Shown here: positions 16,291 through 26,790 of the stretch, in pieces
Numbering within the stretch: position 1 is the stretch's first letter
How the letters are laid out: the number at the start of each line of letters is the position of its first letter
Origin: Betaproteobacteria bacterium
GTDB taxonomy: Bacteria; Pseudomonadota; Gammaproteobacteria; Burkholderiales; SG8-39
Assembly: GCA_019237595.1 (NCBI GenBank)
Contig: JAFAGU010000348.1
Location: forward strand, 1-40,724
Reading direction: 5' to 3'
Length of the DNA stretch: 40,724 nt
Notes under the pieces: generated by a model
Database searches by the model: none
What the model was told of the DNA's origin: nothing
What the model saw: only the letters and a program-made list of their open reading frames with translations
Translations under genes and position numbers: made by a program

Positions 16291-16620
16291 ATGAGCAGTT
16301 CTGAAATCCGTCATGTCACCGACGCCACTTTCGAGCCCGAGGTGCTGAAGTCCGACACCCCGGTGCTGGTCGACTACTGGGCCGAATGGTGCGGCCCCTG
16401 CAAGTCGATCGCGCCCATCCTGGACGACATCGCCCGCGAGTACGACGGGAAGCTCAAGATCGCCAAGATCAACGTCGACGAGAACCAGCAGGTGCCGGCG
16501 AAGTTCGGCATCCGCGGCATTCCCACGCTGATGCTCTTCAAGAACGGCAACGTCGAAGCCACGCGCGTCGGGGCGCTCTCCAAGTCCCAGCTCACGGCTT
16601 TCCTTGACAGCAATATCTGA
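16291..16620 (+). CDS. trxA: thioredoxin
   Basis: The protein is 109 aa and carries the [14 protein letters not shown] active site. Confidence 0.95.
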   Translation: MSSSEIRHVTDATFEPEVLKSDTPVLVDYWAEWCGPCKSIAPILDDIAREYDGKLKIAKINVDENQQVPAKFGIRGIPTLMLFKNGNVEATRVGALSKSQLTAFLDSNI

Positions 16621-16636
16621 AGGGCTTAGGCTTTGA

Positions 16637-16663
16637 CCGCCCTCCGGGGAGTCCCGGGGGCGG
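16637..16663 (+). terminator. GC-rich hairpin after trxA / in the rho leader (no U-tract)
   Basis: CCGC(C)CCUCCGGG-GAGU-CCCGGGGGCGG forms a stem of about 11 bp with one bulge. It lies 17 nt after the trxA stop. It may be a trxA 3' structure or part of the rho leader. Confidence 0.25.
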
Positions 16664-16748
16664 GCCCCAGAGCACCGGGCCTCAAAGAACCAGCGGCAAA
16701 AACCCTTAGTTGCAATCCAGCGCCGGAGTCCGGGCGCTCTTTCCGCAC

Positions 16749-18107
<1,359 letters not shown>

Positions 18108-18115
18108 TTTCTCTG

Positions 18116-18121
18116 TATAAT
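18116..18121 (+). promoter_or_regulatory. perfect -10 hexamer TATAAT upstream of rpmE2
   Basis: TATAAT lies 9 nt after the rho stop and 26 nt before the rpmE2 ATG. No convincing -35 element is present. Confidence 0.3.
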
Positions 18122-18147
18122 CGCGCCCCTTCACAAGGGCACAGCAC

Positions 18148-18408
18148 ATGAAGCAAGGCATCCACCCCGAATACAGGACGGTCATCTTCCTCGACACGAG
18201 CACGAACCACGGCTTCCTCACGCGCTCGGCGATCGATACCAAGGGCCGCGAGACGATGAAGTGGGAAGACGGCAAGGAGTACCCGGTCGTCAAGGTCGAG
18301 GTCACCTCCGAGTCGCACTCCTTCTACACCGGCAAGCAGAAGATCATGGACACCGCCGGCCGGGTCGAGAAGTTCAAGCGCCGCTACACCAAGAAGACCG
18401 CGAAGTAA
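18148..18408 (+). CDS. rpmE2: 50S ribosomal protein L31, type B (no CxxC zinc motif)
   Basis: [18 protein letters not shown]...[10 protein letters not shown]; the 86-aa protein has no cysteines. Confidence 0.9.
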   Translation: MKQGIHPEYRTVIFLDTSTNHGFLTRSAIDTKGRETMKWEDGKEYPVVKVEVTSESHSFYTGKQKIMDTAGRVEKFKRRYTKKTAK

Positions 18409-18425
18409 CCGCTCGGGGGAAGACG

Positions 18426-20087
18426 ATGCCCCCGCAGCCCAGGCTCCCGAGGTTCGCCCTTCCGCCGTCGCCGCTCGCGCTCGCCGCGCTCGCGGCCGCG
18501 TTCGTGCTTCCCGGCCTCGCCGGCCACGATCCGTGGAAATCCCACGACGCGCTCGGCATCGGCATCGCCTGGGACATGGCGCAGAGCGGCGATGCGATCG
18601 TGCCCCGCATCGCGGGCAACGCCTGGCTCGCCGACCCGCCGCTCTACCACTGGTTTGCCGCAGCGCTCGGCAGCGTCGTCAGCGCCGCCGGGAAACTCGT
18701 CGGACTCGCGATCGAGTTCCACGCGGCCGCGCGCCTCGCGAGCGGCGCCTTCGTCGCCGCGGCGCTCTGGCTCGTCTACATCGCCGCTCGCGACTGGAGC
18801 CTCGGCGAAGAGCGAAGCCGCCTCACCGCCTCCGGCGCGTTGCTCCTCCTGCTCGGCTGCGTCGGGCTGCTCGTCCACGCGCACGAAGCGGTGCCGGAGC
18901 TCGCCGCGCTTGCCGCCGTGTGCGGCGCGTTCGCCGTCCTGCCGCACGCCGTGCGCCGCCCGCTCGCCGCCGGCGCCCTCTTCGGCGTTTCGCTCGGGTT
19001 TGCCTTCCTGAGCTCGCTCTGGATCCCGCCGGCCGCAGTCGTTGCCGCCGTCCTCGTCGCCTTCGCCGCGTGCCCTGAGTGGCGCAACCGGCGCATGGCG
19101 GTCTTCCTCGCCGCGGCCATCGCCGCCGGCGGCGCCGTTTCGGCGACGTGGCCGATCGCTCTCTACATGCGCTCGCCCGATCTCTTCTTCCAGTGGTGGC
19201 GCATCAACATGGAGCCCTACGACACGGCGAGCGCGAACCTCCGCTACTTCGTCGTGACGCTCTCCTGGTTCGCGTGGCCCGCCTGGCCCCTCGCGCTCTG
19301 GGCCGCGTGGGCGCTGCGGCGGCGCTTCGGCGACCCGCGCGTGCTCGTGCCTTCCGCGTCGGTGCTGCTCATGGTCGCGGCGCTCGCATGGTGGGGGCCG
19401 GCGCTCGACGTGAACCTCACCGCGCTCCTCGCGCCGCTCGTGCTCCTCGCCTCGCAGGGGATTCCGACGCTGCGCCGCGGCGCCGCGGCCGCGCTCGACT
19501 GGTTCGGCGTCGTCACCTTCGCTTTTTTCGCCGGCCTCGTCTGGCTGGGCTATGCGGGCATGATGACCGGGATCCCGCCCAAGGTGGAGGCGAACTTCGT
19601 GCGCGCCGCGCCCGGCTTTGCGCCGCATTTCGAGCTCGCGCCCTTCCTCTTCGCGCTCGCCCTCACGGCGGGCTGGCTCTTCGTCGTGCTCTTCAGCGCG
19701 CCCTCTCCGCTGCGAAGCGTCGCGCGCTGGGCCGCGGGGATGACGCTCCTGTGGGGCACGTTCTCGATGCTGTGGATGCCCTGGGCCGACTACCAGAAGA
19801 GCTACCGAAGCGTCGCGCACGCGCTCCGCGAGAAGGTCGGCGCAAGCCCCGGGTGCATCGCCGCGCGCTCGCTCGGCGTGCCGCAGGCCGCCGCGTTCGA
19901 CTATCACGAAGGCCTGCGCACCGTTCCCTACGACCCGAGGCACCCGCACGCGTGCCGGCTCCTCGTCGTCCAGGGAAGCGCTTCGGACACGGAGGGACCC
20001 GGAAGCGCGTGGCTGCGCATCGCCGAGCTCGCGCGACCCGGCGACCGGAACGAACGCCATCGCCTCTACCGCGCGGCGAGCCGATGA
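18426..20087 (+). CDS. polytopic membrane protein, glycosyltransferase family 39 / ArnT-like
   Basis: The ATG is at 18426 and the protein is 553 aa. It has many transmembrane helices. The N-terminal loop reads HDPWKSHDALGIGIAW...ADPPLYHW, as in the PMT_2/ArnT family. The assignment rests on motif pattern only. Confidence 0.6.
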   Translation: MPPQPRLPRFALPPSPLALAALAAAFVLPGLAGHDPWKSHDALGIGIAWDMAQSGDAIVPRIAGNAWLADPPLYHWFAAALGSVVSAAGKLVGLAIEFHAAARLASGAFVAAALWLVYIAARDWSLGEERSRLTASGALLLLLGCVGLLVHAHEAVPELAALAAVCGAFAVLPHAVRRPLAAGALFGVSLGFAFLSSLWIPPAAVVAAVLVAFAACPEWRNRRMAVFLAAAIAAGGAVSATWPIALYMRSPDLFFQWWRINMEPYDTASANLRYFVVTLSWFAWPAWPLALWAAWALRRRFGDPRVLVPSASVLLMVAALAWWGPALDVNLTALLAPLVLLASQGIPTLRRGAAAALDWFGVVTFAFFAGLVWLGYAGMMTGIPPKVEANFVRAAPGFAPHFELAPFLFALALTAGWLFVVLFSAPSPLRSVARWAAGMTLLWGTFSMLWMPWADYQKSYRSVAHALREKVGASPGCIAARSLGVPQAAAFDYHEGLRTVPYDPRHPHACRLLVVQGSASDTEGPGSAWLRIAELARPGDRNERHRLYRAASR

Positions 20088-21481
20088 ACACCACCACTCC
20101 CGTGGACACCAAGGCGTGGGCCGACCTCGCGCACCACGCCGAAAGCTGGCGCAACGTGCACCTTCGCGAGCTCATGGCCGGGGACCCGTCGCGCTCCGCG
20201 CAGTTCGCGACGCACGCGCCGGGGCTCCGCTACGACTACTCGCGCCAGCGACTCGGCGGCATGACGGTGCGATTGCTCGCGAGGCTCGCCGAGCAGCGCG
20301 GCTTCCGGGAATGGCGGCAGGCGCTCTTCTCCGGCCAGGCGGTGAACGACACCGAAGATCGCGCCGCGTGGCATACCGAGCTGAGATCGGGGAACAGCAA
20401 GGAGGTCCTGCAAACGCTCGATCGCATGAGGCGGCTCGTTCCCGCGATCAGGAAGACCTACAAGAGGGTCGTCAACCTCGGGACCGGCGGCTCCGACCTC
20501 GGGCCGAGGCTCCTCGCGGACGCGCTCTCCGACGGCCGGCTCGACGTGCGATTCGCCGCCAACATCGACCCCAAGGACCTCGAGCGTGCGCTCGAGGGCG
20601 CGCAGCCCGAGACGACGCTCTTCATCGTGGTGTCGAAGACGTTCACCACGCAGGAAACCATGGCGAACGCCATGGCGGCCAAGGCGTGGGGCGGCAAGCA
20701 TTTCTACGCGGTCACGGCGAACACGAAGGAAGCCCAGGGCTTCGGCGCCCTGGAAGTGCTGCCGATGTGGGACTGGGTCGGCGGCCGCTTCTCCGTGTGG
20801 TCCGCCGTCGGCCTCGCGGCGGCCTGCGCGATGGGCTTCGAGCGCTTCGAGGAATTCCTCGCCGGAGGGCGCGAGATCGACGCCCATTTCCTCGATGCGG
20901 AGATCGAGGAGAACGTTCCGGCGCTGATGGCGCTGATCGGCGTCTGGAACACGAACTTCCTCGGCGCCTCGACGCACGTCGTGCTGCCCTACTCCAACGC
21001 CGTTCGCCTGCTGCCCATGTACCTGCAGCAGCTCGAGATGGAGTCGAACGGCAAGCGCACGGACCGGGAGGGCCGCGAGGTCGGCTACGCGACCTGCCCC
21101 GTCGTCTGGGGGCTCGAGGGGACGGTCAGCCAGCATTCCTTCCACCAGCTCCTGCACCAAGGGACGCAGGTCGTCCCGGCCGACTTCATCGATTTCGGCT
21201 TGAGCAGGGAATTGACGGCAAATTGCCTCGCGCAGGCGGACGCGCTCGCCCTCGGCACTCACGACACGGCGCTGCCGCCGCATCGCCGCTATCCCGGCAA
21301 CCGGCCCTCCTCGGTGCTCTTCTTCGACGGCGTGAACCCGAGGAACCTCGGGAGGCTCATCGCGCTCTATGAACACAAGGTGTTCACGCAGGGTGTGGTC
21401 TGGAACATCAACAGCTTCGACCAGTGGGGCGTCGAGCTGGGAAAGCAGATGGCCAAGGACATTCTGAAAGGAGCCAGGTGA
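20084..21481 (+). CDS. pgi: glucose-6-phosphate isomerase
   Basis: The ATG at 20084 overlaps the upstream stop (ATGA). Motifs are VNLGTGGSDLGPRL, FIVVSKTFTTQET and QQLEMESNGK. The protein is 465 aa. Confidence 0.9.
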   Translation: MNTTTPVDTKAWADLAHHAESWRNVHLRELMAGDPSRSAQFATHAPGLRYDYSRQRLGGMTVRLLARLAEQRGFREWRQALFSGQAVNDTEDRAAWHTELRSGNSKEVLQTLDRMRRLVPAIRKTYKRVVNLGTGGSDLGPRLLADALSDGRLDVRFAANIDPKDLERALEGAQPETTLFIVVSKTFTTQETMANAMAAKAWGGKHFYAVTANTKEAQGFGALEVLPMWDWVGGRFSVWSAVGLAAACAMGFERFEEFLAGGREIDAHFLDAEIEENVPALMALIGVWNTNFLGASTHVVLPYSNAVRLLPMYLQQLEMESNGKRTDREGREVGYATCPVVWGLEGTVSQHSFHQLLHQGTQVVPADFIDFGLSRELTANCLAQADALALGTHDTALPPHRRYPGNRPSSVLFFDGVNPRNLGRLIALYEHKVFTQGVVWNINSFDQWGVELGKQMAKDILKGAR

Positions 21482-21687
21482 TGGACCAGGACGCGTTCAA
21501 CATGAGCATCCGCAAGTTCCTCAAGATGGTGGGCGTGAGCTCCCAGCGCGAGATCGAGCAGGCCGTCCAGAAATCGATGCAATCCGGGAAGCTGAAGGGC
21601 GACGAGAGCTTTGTCGCCAGGGCAACGCTCGAGATCCCTTCCCTCGGGGTGAAGGTGCCGTTCGAGGGCGAGATCAAACTAAAATAA
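21481..21687 (+). CDS. small conserved hypothetical protein (resembles DUF6494-type 60-70 aa proteins)
   Basis: The ATG at 21481 overlaps the pgi stop (TGATG). The protein reads MDQDAFNMSIRKFLKMVGVSSQREIEQAVQKSMQSGKLKG. The family name is from memory and was not verified. Confidence 0.55.
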   Translation: MDQDAFNMSIRKFLKMVGVSSQREIEQAVQKSMQSGKLKGDESFVARATLEIPSLGVKVPFEGEIKLK

Positions 21688-21695
21688 CCGCACGC

Positions 21696-23087
21696 ATGAA
21701 CAAGGCACGCGAGTTCGACGAGAGCGTGGTGGGGGAGCTCAAGGCGCTCCTCGGCGAGCGGGTCTCGACCTCCGCCGCCGTGCGCGAGCACCACGGGAAG
21801 GACGAGTCCTACTTTCCCTACGCGCTCCCGGACGCGGTCGTCTTCCCCGAGAGCACCGAGGAGGTGCGCGACGTCGTCAACATCTGCCGCCGCCATGGCG
21901 TGCCGATGATTCCGTTCGGGGTCGGCACCTCGCTCGAGGGGCACATCCTCGCCGTGCAGGGCGGCGTAAGCATCGACCTGTCGCGCATGAACCAGGTGCT
22001 CGCGGTGCACGAGGCCGACCTCGACGCCGTCGTCCAGGCCGGCGTGACGCGCAAGCAGCTGAACGAGCACATCAAGCACACCGGTCTCTTCTTCCCGGTG
22101 GACCCCGGCGCCGATGCGACGATAGGCGGCATGGCGGCGACGCGCGCCTCGGGAACGAACGCCGTGCGCTACGGGACCATGCGCGAGAACGTGCTCGCGC
22201 TCAAGGTGGTGCTCGCGAACGGCCGCGTCATCCAGACTTCCGGCCGGGCGAAGAAGTCCGCGGCCGGCTACGACCTCACGCGCCTTTTCGTCGGCTCCGA
22301 AGGCACGCTCGGCATCATCACGGAGGCGACGGTCCGGCTCTACCCGGTGCAGGAGGCGATGTCGGCCGCCGTGTGCGCGTTCGATTCGGTCGACGGCTGC
22401 ACGAAGACCGTGATCCAGACGATCCAGTCGGGCATTCCCATCGCGCGCTGCGACATCGTGTGCGACAAGACCGTGGCCGCCATCAACCGCTTCAAGAAGA
22501 CCGATTACCGCGTGGCGCCCACCGTGTTCTTCGAATTCCACGGCAGCAAGTCCTCCGTCGTCGAGCAGGCAGAAGCGGTGCAGGCGATCGCGAAGGAGCA
22601 CGGCGGCCACGACTTCCAGTGGGCGACGAAGCCCGAGGAGCGCTCGCAGCTCTGGCAGGCGCGCCACGACGCCTATTTCGCCTGCCTGCAGATCCGCCCG
22701 GGCTCGCGCGCGGTTTCCACCGACGTCTGCGTGCCGATCTCGCGCCTCGCCGAGTGCGTGCACGAGACGATGGAGGACGTGAAGAGCTACATCGCGCCGG
22801 TGCCGCTCCTCGGCCACATCGGCGACGGCAACTTCCACCTCATGTTCCTCGTCGATCCGGCGAAGCCGGAAGAGACGGAGCTCGCCAAGGCGTTCAACAA
22901 GCGGCTCGTCGAGCGCGCGCTGCGGCTCGAGGGAACGTGCACCGGGGAGCACGGCGTCGGCATGGGCAAGACCGGATCGCTGCAGCTCGAGCTCGGCGAT
23001 GACGCGATCGACGTGATGCGCGACATCAAGAAGGCCCTGGACCCGGAGAACCTGCTCAACCCGGGCAAGGTCCTTCCGCCCGCCTAG
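21696..23087 (+). CDS. FAD-linked oxidase (D-lactate dehydrogenase / GlcD-like)
   Basis: The protein is 463 aa. The FAD_binding_4 region reads [36 protein letters not shown]. The C-terminal region reads [13 protein letters not shown]. Confidence 0.85.
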   Translation: MNKAREFDESVVGELKALLGERVSTSAAVREHHGKDESYFPYALPDAVVFPESTEEVRDVVNICRRHGVPMIPFGVGTSLEGHILAVQGGVSIDLSRMNQVLAVHEADLDAVVQAGVTRKQLNEHIKHTGLFFPVDPGADATIGGMAATRASGTNAVRYGTMRENVLALKVVLANGRVIQTSGRAKKSAAGYDLTRLFVGSEGTLGIITEATVRLYPVQEAMSAAVCAFDSVDGCTKTVIQTIQSGIPIARCDIVCDKTVAAINRFKKTDYRVAPTVFFEFHGSKSSVVEQAEAVQAIAKEHGGHDFQWATKPEERSQLWQARHDAYFACLQIRPGSRAVSTDVCVPISRLAECVHETMEDVKSYIAPVPLLGHIGDGNFHLMFLVDPAKPEETELAKAFNKRLVERALRLEGTCTGEHGVGMGKTGSLQLELGDDAIDVMRDIKKALDPENLLNPGKVLPPA

Positions 23088-23629
23088 ATCGTCATCACCG
23101 CCTTGCGGTAGAACTTGAGCTCCTCGATCGACTCGTAGATGTCGGCGAGGGCCTGGTGCTTGCCTTCCTTCGTGAGGCCTTTCGCGGCCTCCGGCTTCCA
23201 GCGCCGCACGAGCTCCTTCAGCGTCGAGACGTCGAGGTTTCGGTAGTGGAAGTACGCCTCGAGCTGCGGCATCCAGCGCGCGAGGAACCGGCGATCCTGG
23301 CAGATGGAGTTGCCGCACATCGGCGAAGCGCCCGCGGGCACGTGGTCGGCGAGGAAGGAGATCGCGGCATGCTCGGCCTCGGCCTCGTTCAGGCGCGACG
23401 CGCGGACCTTTTCGATGAGCCCGGTCTTGGCGTGCGTGGACTTGTTCCAGGCATCCATGGCGCCCATGACCTCCTCGGGCTGGTGGATGACCCAGACGGG
23501 GCTCTCGGCCAGACGGACGAGCTGGGCGTCCGTGACGACGACCGCGACCTCGATGATCCGGTCGGCGTCGGGCTGCAAGCCCGTCATCTCCATGTCGATC
23601 CAGATCAGGTTGTTGGCATCGGCGGCCAT
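23084..23629 (-). CDS. orn: oligoribonuclease
   Basis: [12 protein letters not shown] is the DEDDh Exo I motif. The sequence continues [11 protein letters not shown] and [14 protein letters not shown]. The protein is 181 aa. Confidence 0.95.
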   Translation of the reverse strand: MAADANNLIWIDMEMTGLQPDADRIIEVAVVVTDAQLVRLAESPVWVIHQPEEVMGAMDAWNKSTHAKTGLIEKVRASRLNEAEAEHAAISFLADHVPAGASPMCGNSICQDRRFLARWMPQLEAYFHYRNLDVSTLKELVRRWKPEAAKGLTKEGKHQALADIYESIEELKFYRKAVMTI

Positions 23630-23700
23630 GATTTATTCTCTCACGGCGTGCTGTCCACCGTTCCCGAGCGCCTCGCGCCGCTGACACGGCCTTTCCGAGC

Positions 23701-24948
23701 ATGACAAATGCTTTCACGTGGGTGTTCCTGGCGGCGCTCGCCGCGGCAAGCGCGACGCGTATCTGGCTCGCGGCGCGGCAGGTCCGCCACGTCCGCGCGC
23801 ATCGGGAAGAGGTCCCGGCCACTTTCGCCGGCGCCATTCCCCTCGCCGCGCACCAGAAGGCCGCCGACTACACCGCGGCCAAGGGAGCCCTCGGCATGGT
23901 CGAGGTGGCCATCGGGGCGGGCATTGCCCTATGGCTCACGCTCGGCGGCCTGATCCAGCAGCTCTCGGACTTCTGGGGAGGCTGGTTCGGCACCGGATCG
24001 ATCGCCCATGGGACGGCGCTCCTGCTCTCGATCTTCATCCTCCAGGCCGCCGCCGGGCTGCCGGTGACGCTCTACCGCACGTTCGTGGTCGAGGAGCGCT
24101 TTGGCTTCAATCGCATGACCCTGCGGCTCTTCGTCGCCGACCTGGCGAAGCACGCGCTCGTCGGCCTCGCCCTCGGGGTGCCGCTCCTCCTCGTCGTCCT
24201 CTGGCTCATGGAGCGCGCGGGCGATCGCTGGTGGCTCTACGCGTGGATCGTGTGGGTCGCCTATTCGCTCGCCATGATGATGGTGTACCCGGCGCTCATC
24301 CTGCCGCTCTTCAACAAGTTCACGCCGCTCGCGGAAGGCGAGCTCCGCGCCCGCGTGGCGGCGCTCCTCGAGCGCACGGGCTTCCGCTCGAGCGGACTCT
24401 TCGTCATGGACGGGTCGCGCCGCTCGAGCCACGGCAACGCCTTCTTCACCGGCTTCGGCGCAGCGAAGCGCATCGTGCTCTTCGACACGCTCGTGGAGCG
24501 CCTGCAGCCCCCGGAGGTCGAGGCGGTGCTCGCGCACGAGCTCGGGCACTACAAGCTCCACCACATCGCCAAGGCGATGGCGCTCACGTTCGGCCTCTCG
24601 TTCGCCGTCCTCTTCGCGCTCGGCGAGCTGATCGGCCGCGGCTGGTTCTACGCCGGCCTGGGCGTGGCGACGCCCACGAGCGCCGCAGGGCTCGCGCTCT
24701 TCTTCATCGTGCTGCCGGAGCTCTTTTTCTTCCTGCATCCGCTCACGAGCCTGTACTCGCGCAAGCGGGAATACGAGGCCGACGCCTATGCGACGCGGCA
24801 TGCGAGCGCCTCGGATCTCGTGCGCGCGCTCGTGAAGCTCTACCACGACAACGCCGCGACGCTCACGCCGGATCCGGTCCACTCGGCGTTCTACGATTCG
24901 CATCCGCCGGCGGCGATGCGCATCGCGCGGCTCAAGGCCGCCGCCTGA
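23701..24948 (+). CDS. M48 family (Ste24-like) zinc metalloprotease, membrane
   Basis: The protein is 415 aa with an N-terminal transmembrane domain. The zinc motif is VLAHELGHYKLHH, with a downstream EYEAD. Confidence 0.85.
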   Translation: MTNAFTWVFLAALAAASATRIWLAARQVRHVRAHREEVPATFAGAIPLAAHQKAADYTAAKGALGMVEVAIGAGIALWLTLGGLIQQLSDFWGGWFGTGSIAHGTALLLSIFILQAAAGLPVTLYRTFVVEERFGFNRMTLRLFVADLAKHALVGLALGVPLLLVVLWLMERAGDRWWLYAWIVWVAYSLAMMMVYPALILPLFNKFTPLAEGELRARVAALLERTGFRSSGLFVMDGSRRSSHGNAFFTGFGAAKRIVLFDTLVERLQPPEVEAVLAHELGHYKLHHIAKAMALTFGLSFAVLFALGELIGRGWFYAGLGVATPTSAAGLALFFIVLPELFFFLHPLTSLYSRKREYEADAYATRHASASDLVRALVKLYHDNAATLTPDPVHSAFYDSHPPAAMRIARLKAAA

Positions 24949-24956
24949 GGAGCGCC

Positions 24957-25286
24957 ATGAACGAGCTCGCGAAGAAAAAGTGCAAGCCCTGCGAAGGCGG
25001 CGTCGCGCCCTACACCGCGTCCCAGGCGAAGGAAATGCTCGGCAATCTCAAGGGCTGGATCCTCGAGGAGGGCCGGCTCGTGAAGCTCTATCCGTTCAAG
25101 AACTACTACGAGACGATGGCGTTCGTTAACGCGCTCGCGTGGATCTCGCACCGCGAGGACCACCATCCAGACCTCAAGGTCGGCTACAACCAGTGCCGCG
25201 TCGAGTATGCGACCCACGCCATCGGCGGGCTCTCCGAGAACGACTTCATCTGCGCCGCGAAATGCGACGCGCTCTTCGAGCTCTGA
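24957..25286 (+). CDS. phhB: 4a-hydroxytetrahydrobiopterin (pterin-4a-carbinolamine) dehydratase
   Basis: The ATG at 24957 follows GAGGAG. The sequence reads CKPCEGG...FVNALAWISHREDHHPDL. The protein is 109 aa. Confidence 0.9.
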   Translation: MNELAKKKCKPCEGGVAPYTASQAKEMLGNLKGWILEEGRLVKLYPFKNYYETMAFVNALAWISHREDHHPDLKVGYNQCRVEYATHAIGGLSENDFICAAKCDALFEL

Positions 25287-25290
25287 TCGG

Positions 25291-25593
25291 ATGAAGCGGG
25301 TCTTCAGCTCCTACAACCTCGCCGCCGCGCATCACGCGCGCAACCTCCTCGAGGTGGAAGGCATCCGTTCCGTCGTCCGGAACGAGATGCTCTCTTCGGC
25401 GATGGGGGAGCTGCCCCCGGCGGAGTGCCAGGCCGAGGTCTGGGTGCTGAGGGAATCGGACCTTCATCGCGCGGAGGCGCTGCTCAGGGATTCGTTCTCG
25501 GCGAAGCCCTCGCCCGCCTGGACGTGCGCCTGCGGCGAGCGCATCGAAGGCCAGTTCACCCAGTGCTGGCGCTGCGGCGCCTACCGCGCCTGA
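25291..25593 (+). CDS. DUF2007-like putative signal-transducing protein with C-terminal zinc-ribbon-like tail
   Basis: MKRVFSSYNLAAAHHARNLLEVEGI... is followed by WTCACGERIEGQFTQCWRCG. The protein is 100 aa. Confidence 0.7.
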   Translation: MKRVFSSYNLAAAHHARNLLEVEGIRSVVRNEMLSSAMGELPPAECQAEVWVLRESDLHRAEALLRDSFSAKPSPAWTCACGERIEGQFTQCWRCGAYRA

Positions 25594-25597
25594 GCGG

Positions 25598-25783
25598 CTA
25601 CCGGCCCCTGTTCCTCCGGCCCTCGTAGACCCGCGGGTCCCACGCCGCGCCGCGGCCGCCGCTCGGGCCGAGCTGCGCGATGCGCTTTCGCCTCGCGCGC
25701 AGCGGCGCCACGAACGCCCAGTGGCATAGCGCGCAAAGGGCGAGGATCAGCAGAAGAATATCGAGCACGAGTCCGGCGTCCAT
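25598..25783 (-). CDS. possible 61-aa single-TM protein
   Basis: MDAGLVLDILLLILALCALCHWAFV is followed by a basic tail. GC3 is high, but no SD is recognisable. This is a weak call. Confidence 0.3.
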   Translation of the reverse strand: MDAGLVLDILLLILALCALCHWAFVAPLRARRKRIAQLGPSGGRGAAWDPRVYEGRRNRGR

Positions 25784-25855
25784 GCCGGCACTCTGCGGCG
25801 TCGGCGGCGCGGGCGCTGAAACAAAGCGCAACCAAATGTGACTTGCGCCAGCCTT

Positions 25856-26761
25856 TCAGACGAGGCGCGCGACGCTGATGACGAGGAGCGCGAACACGCA
25901 CACGACGAGCGCGCGCCAGACGAGGCCGACCGTACTATCGAGGAAGGCCGCGTCGGCCGGCTCGCCCAGGCCGAGCTCCGGCCGCGGGACGACGCCGTCG
26001 GCCTCCTGCACCGGCATGCCCAGGCGCACGCCCATCGCCCCCGCCCCCGCGGCGAGCACGAGACCCGCCTCCGGATCGGCCCAGGTATGGGCCTGCGTGC
26101 GCCAGCAGTACACGGCATCCTCGAAGTCGCCGACCACGGCGAAGGCCGCGGCAGTCACGCGAACCGCGGGCCATTCCAGCACGCGAAAGGCGCGCCGCGC
26201 GAACTCGCCGAAGGAGCCGAGGCCCTTCCACCGGTTAGACAGGTACGCGGCGAGGCGATAGAGGATCGCGCCGCTCGGCCCGGGCAGGAGGACGAACCAG
26301 AAGAGCACGCCGAAGACGTGCCGGTGCGAGGCGAGGAGCGCATCTTCGATGGCGAGGCGGATCAGCTCCTCGCGGCTGCGCACCACGCCCGAGGCGCCGT
26401 GCCAGGCCTCGAGCTCGGCCCGCGCGGCATCCAGGTCGCCCGACTTCACCGCGAGCTGGAGCGAGGTGAAGTGGTGGCTGAACTGGCGGAAGCCGAGCGT
26501 GAGATAGAGCACCGCGATGTTGAAGAGCAGCGCGAGAAACGGATGGACCGCGCGCGCGAGCTCGTTCGCGAGCACGGCGGCCACGACCGGCGGCGCGACG
26601 GCGACGACCCAGGCGACTACGCCGTGCGCGCGCTCGCCGCCGTTGAACGTCTGCTCGAGCCAGCCGGCGAACGCCCGCAAGCCGCCGGCGAGGCCGCGCC
26701 GATCGGCGAGCGGACGCCATTGCTCGAGGACCAGCGCCGCGATGATCGCCAACACGCTCAT
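25856..26761 (-). CDS. CobD/CbiB-AmpE family membrane protein (AmpE-like)
   Basis: The protein is 301 aa. It is collinear by eye with E. coli AmpE-type proteins (N-terminal LEQWRPL..., FGVLFWFVLLPGPSGAILYRLA, C-terminal transmembrane helix). Confidence 0.75.
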   Translation of the reverse strand: MSVLAIIAALVLEQWRPLADRRGLAGGLRAFAGWLEQTFNGGERAHGVVAWVVAVAPPVVAAVLANELARAVHPFLALLFNIAVLYLTLGFRQFSHHFTSLQLAVKSGDLDAARAELEAWHGASGVVRSREELIRLAIEDALLASHRHVFGVLFWFVLLPGPSGAILYRLAAYLSNRWKGLGSFGEFARRAFRVLEWPAVRVTAAAFAVVGDFEDAVYCWRTQAHTWADPEAGLVLAAGAGAMGVRLGMPVQEADGVVPRPELGLGEPADAAFLDSTVGLVWRALVVCVFALLVISVARLV

Positions 26762-26769
26762 CGAGAACG

Positions 26770-26781
26770 ATTCTATACAAT
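26770..26781. promoter_or_regulatory. back-to-back -10-like hexamers in a 29-bp divergent intergenic region
   Basis: The minus strand carries TAGAAT (26775..26770), 8 nt before the AmpE-like ATG. The plus strand carries TACAAT (26776..26781), 9 nt before the SapC GTG. Neither start has an SD. Confidence 0.3.
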
Positions 26782-26790
26782 CGACCGCGC

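Noticed and set aside
16710-16748. Rho start at 16710 ([13 protein letters not shown]...)
   Set aside because: The codon at 16710 is non-ATG. The first ATG at 16749 gives the more conventional start. This is a minor uncertainty only.
21408-23837. 809-aa minus-strand ORF
   Set aside because: It is antisense to the FAD oxidase and in an alternative frame across orn. Its low-complexity Arg/Ala composition marks it as a shadow ORF.
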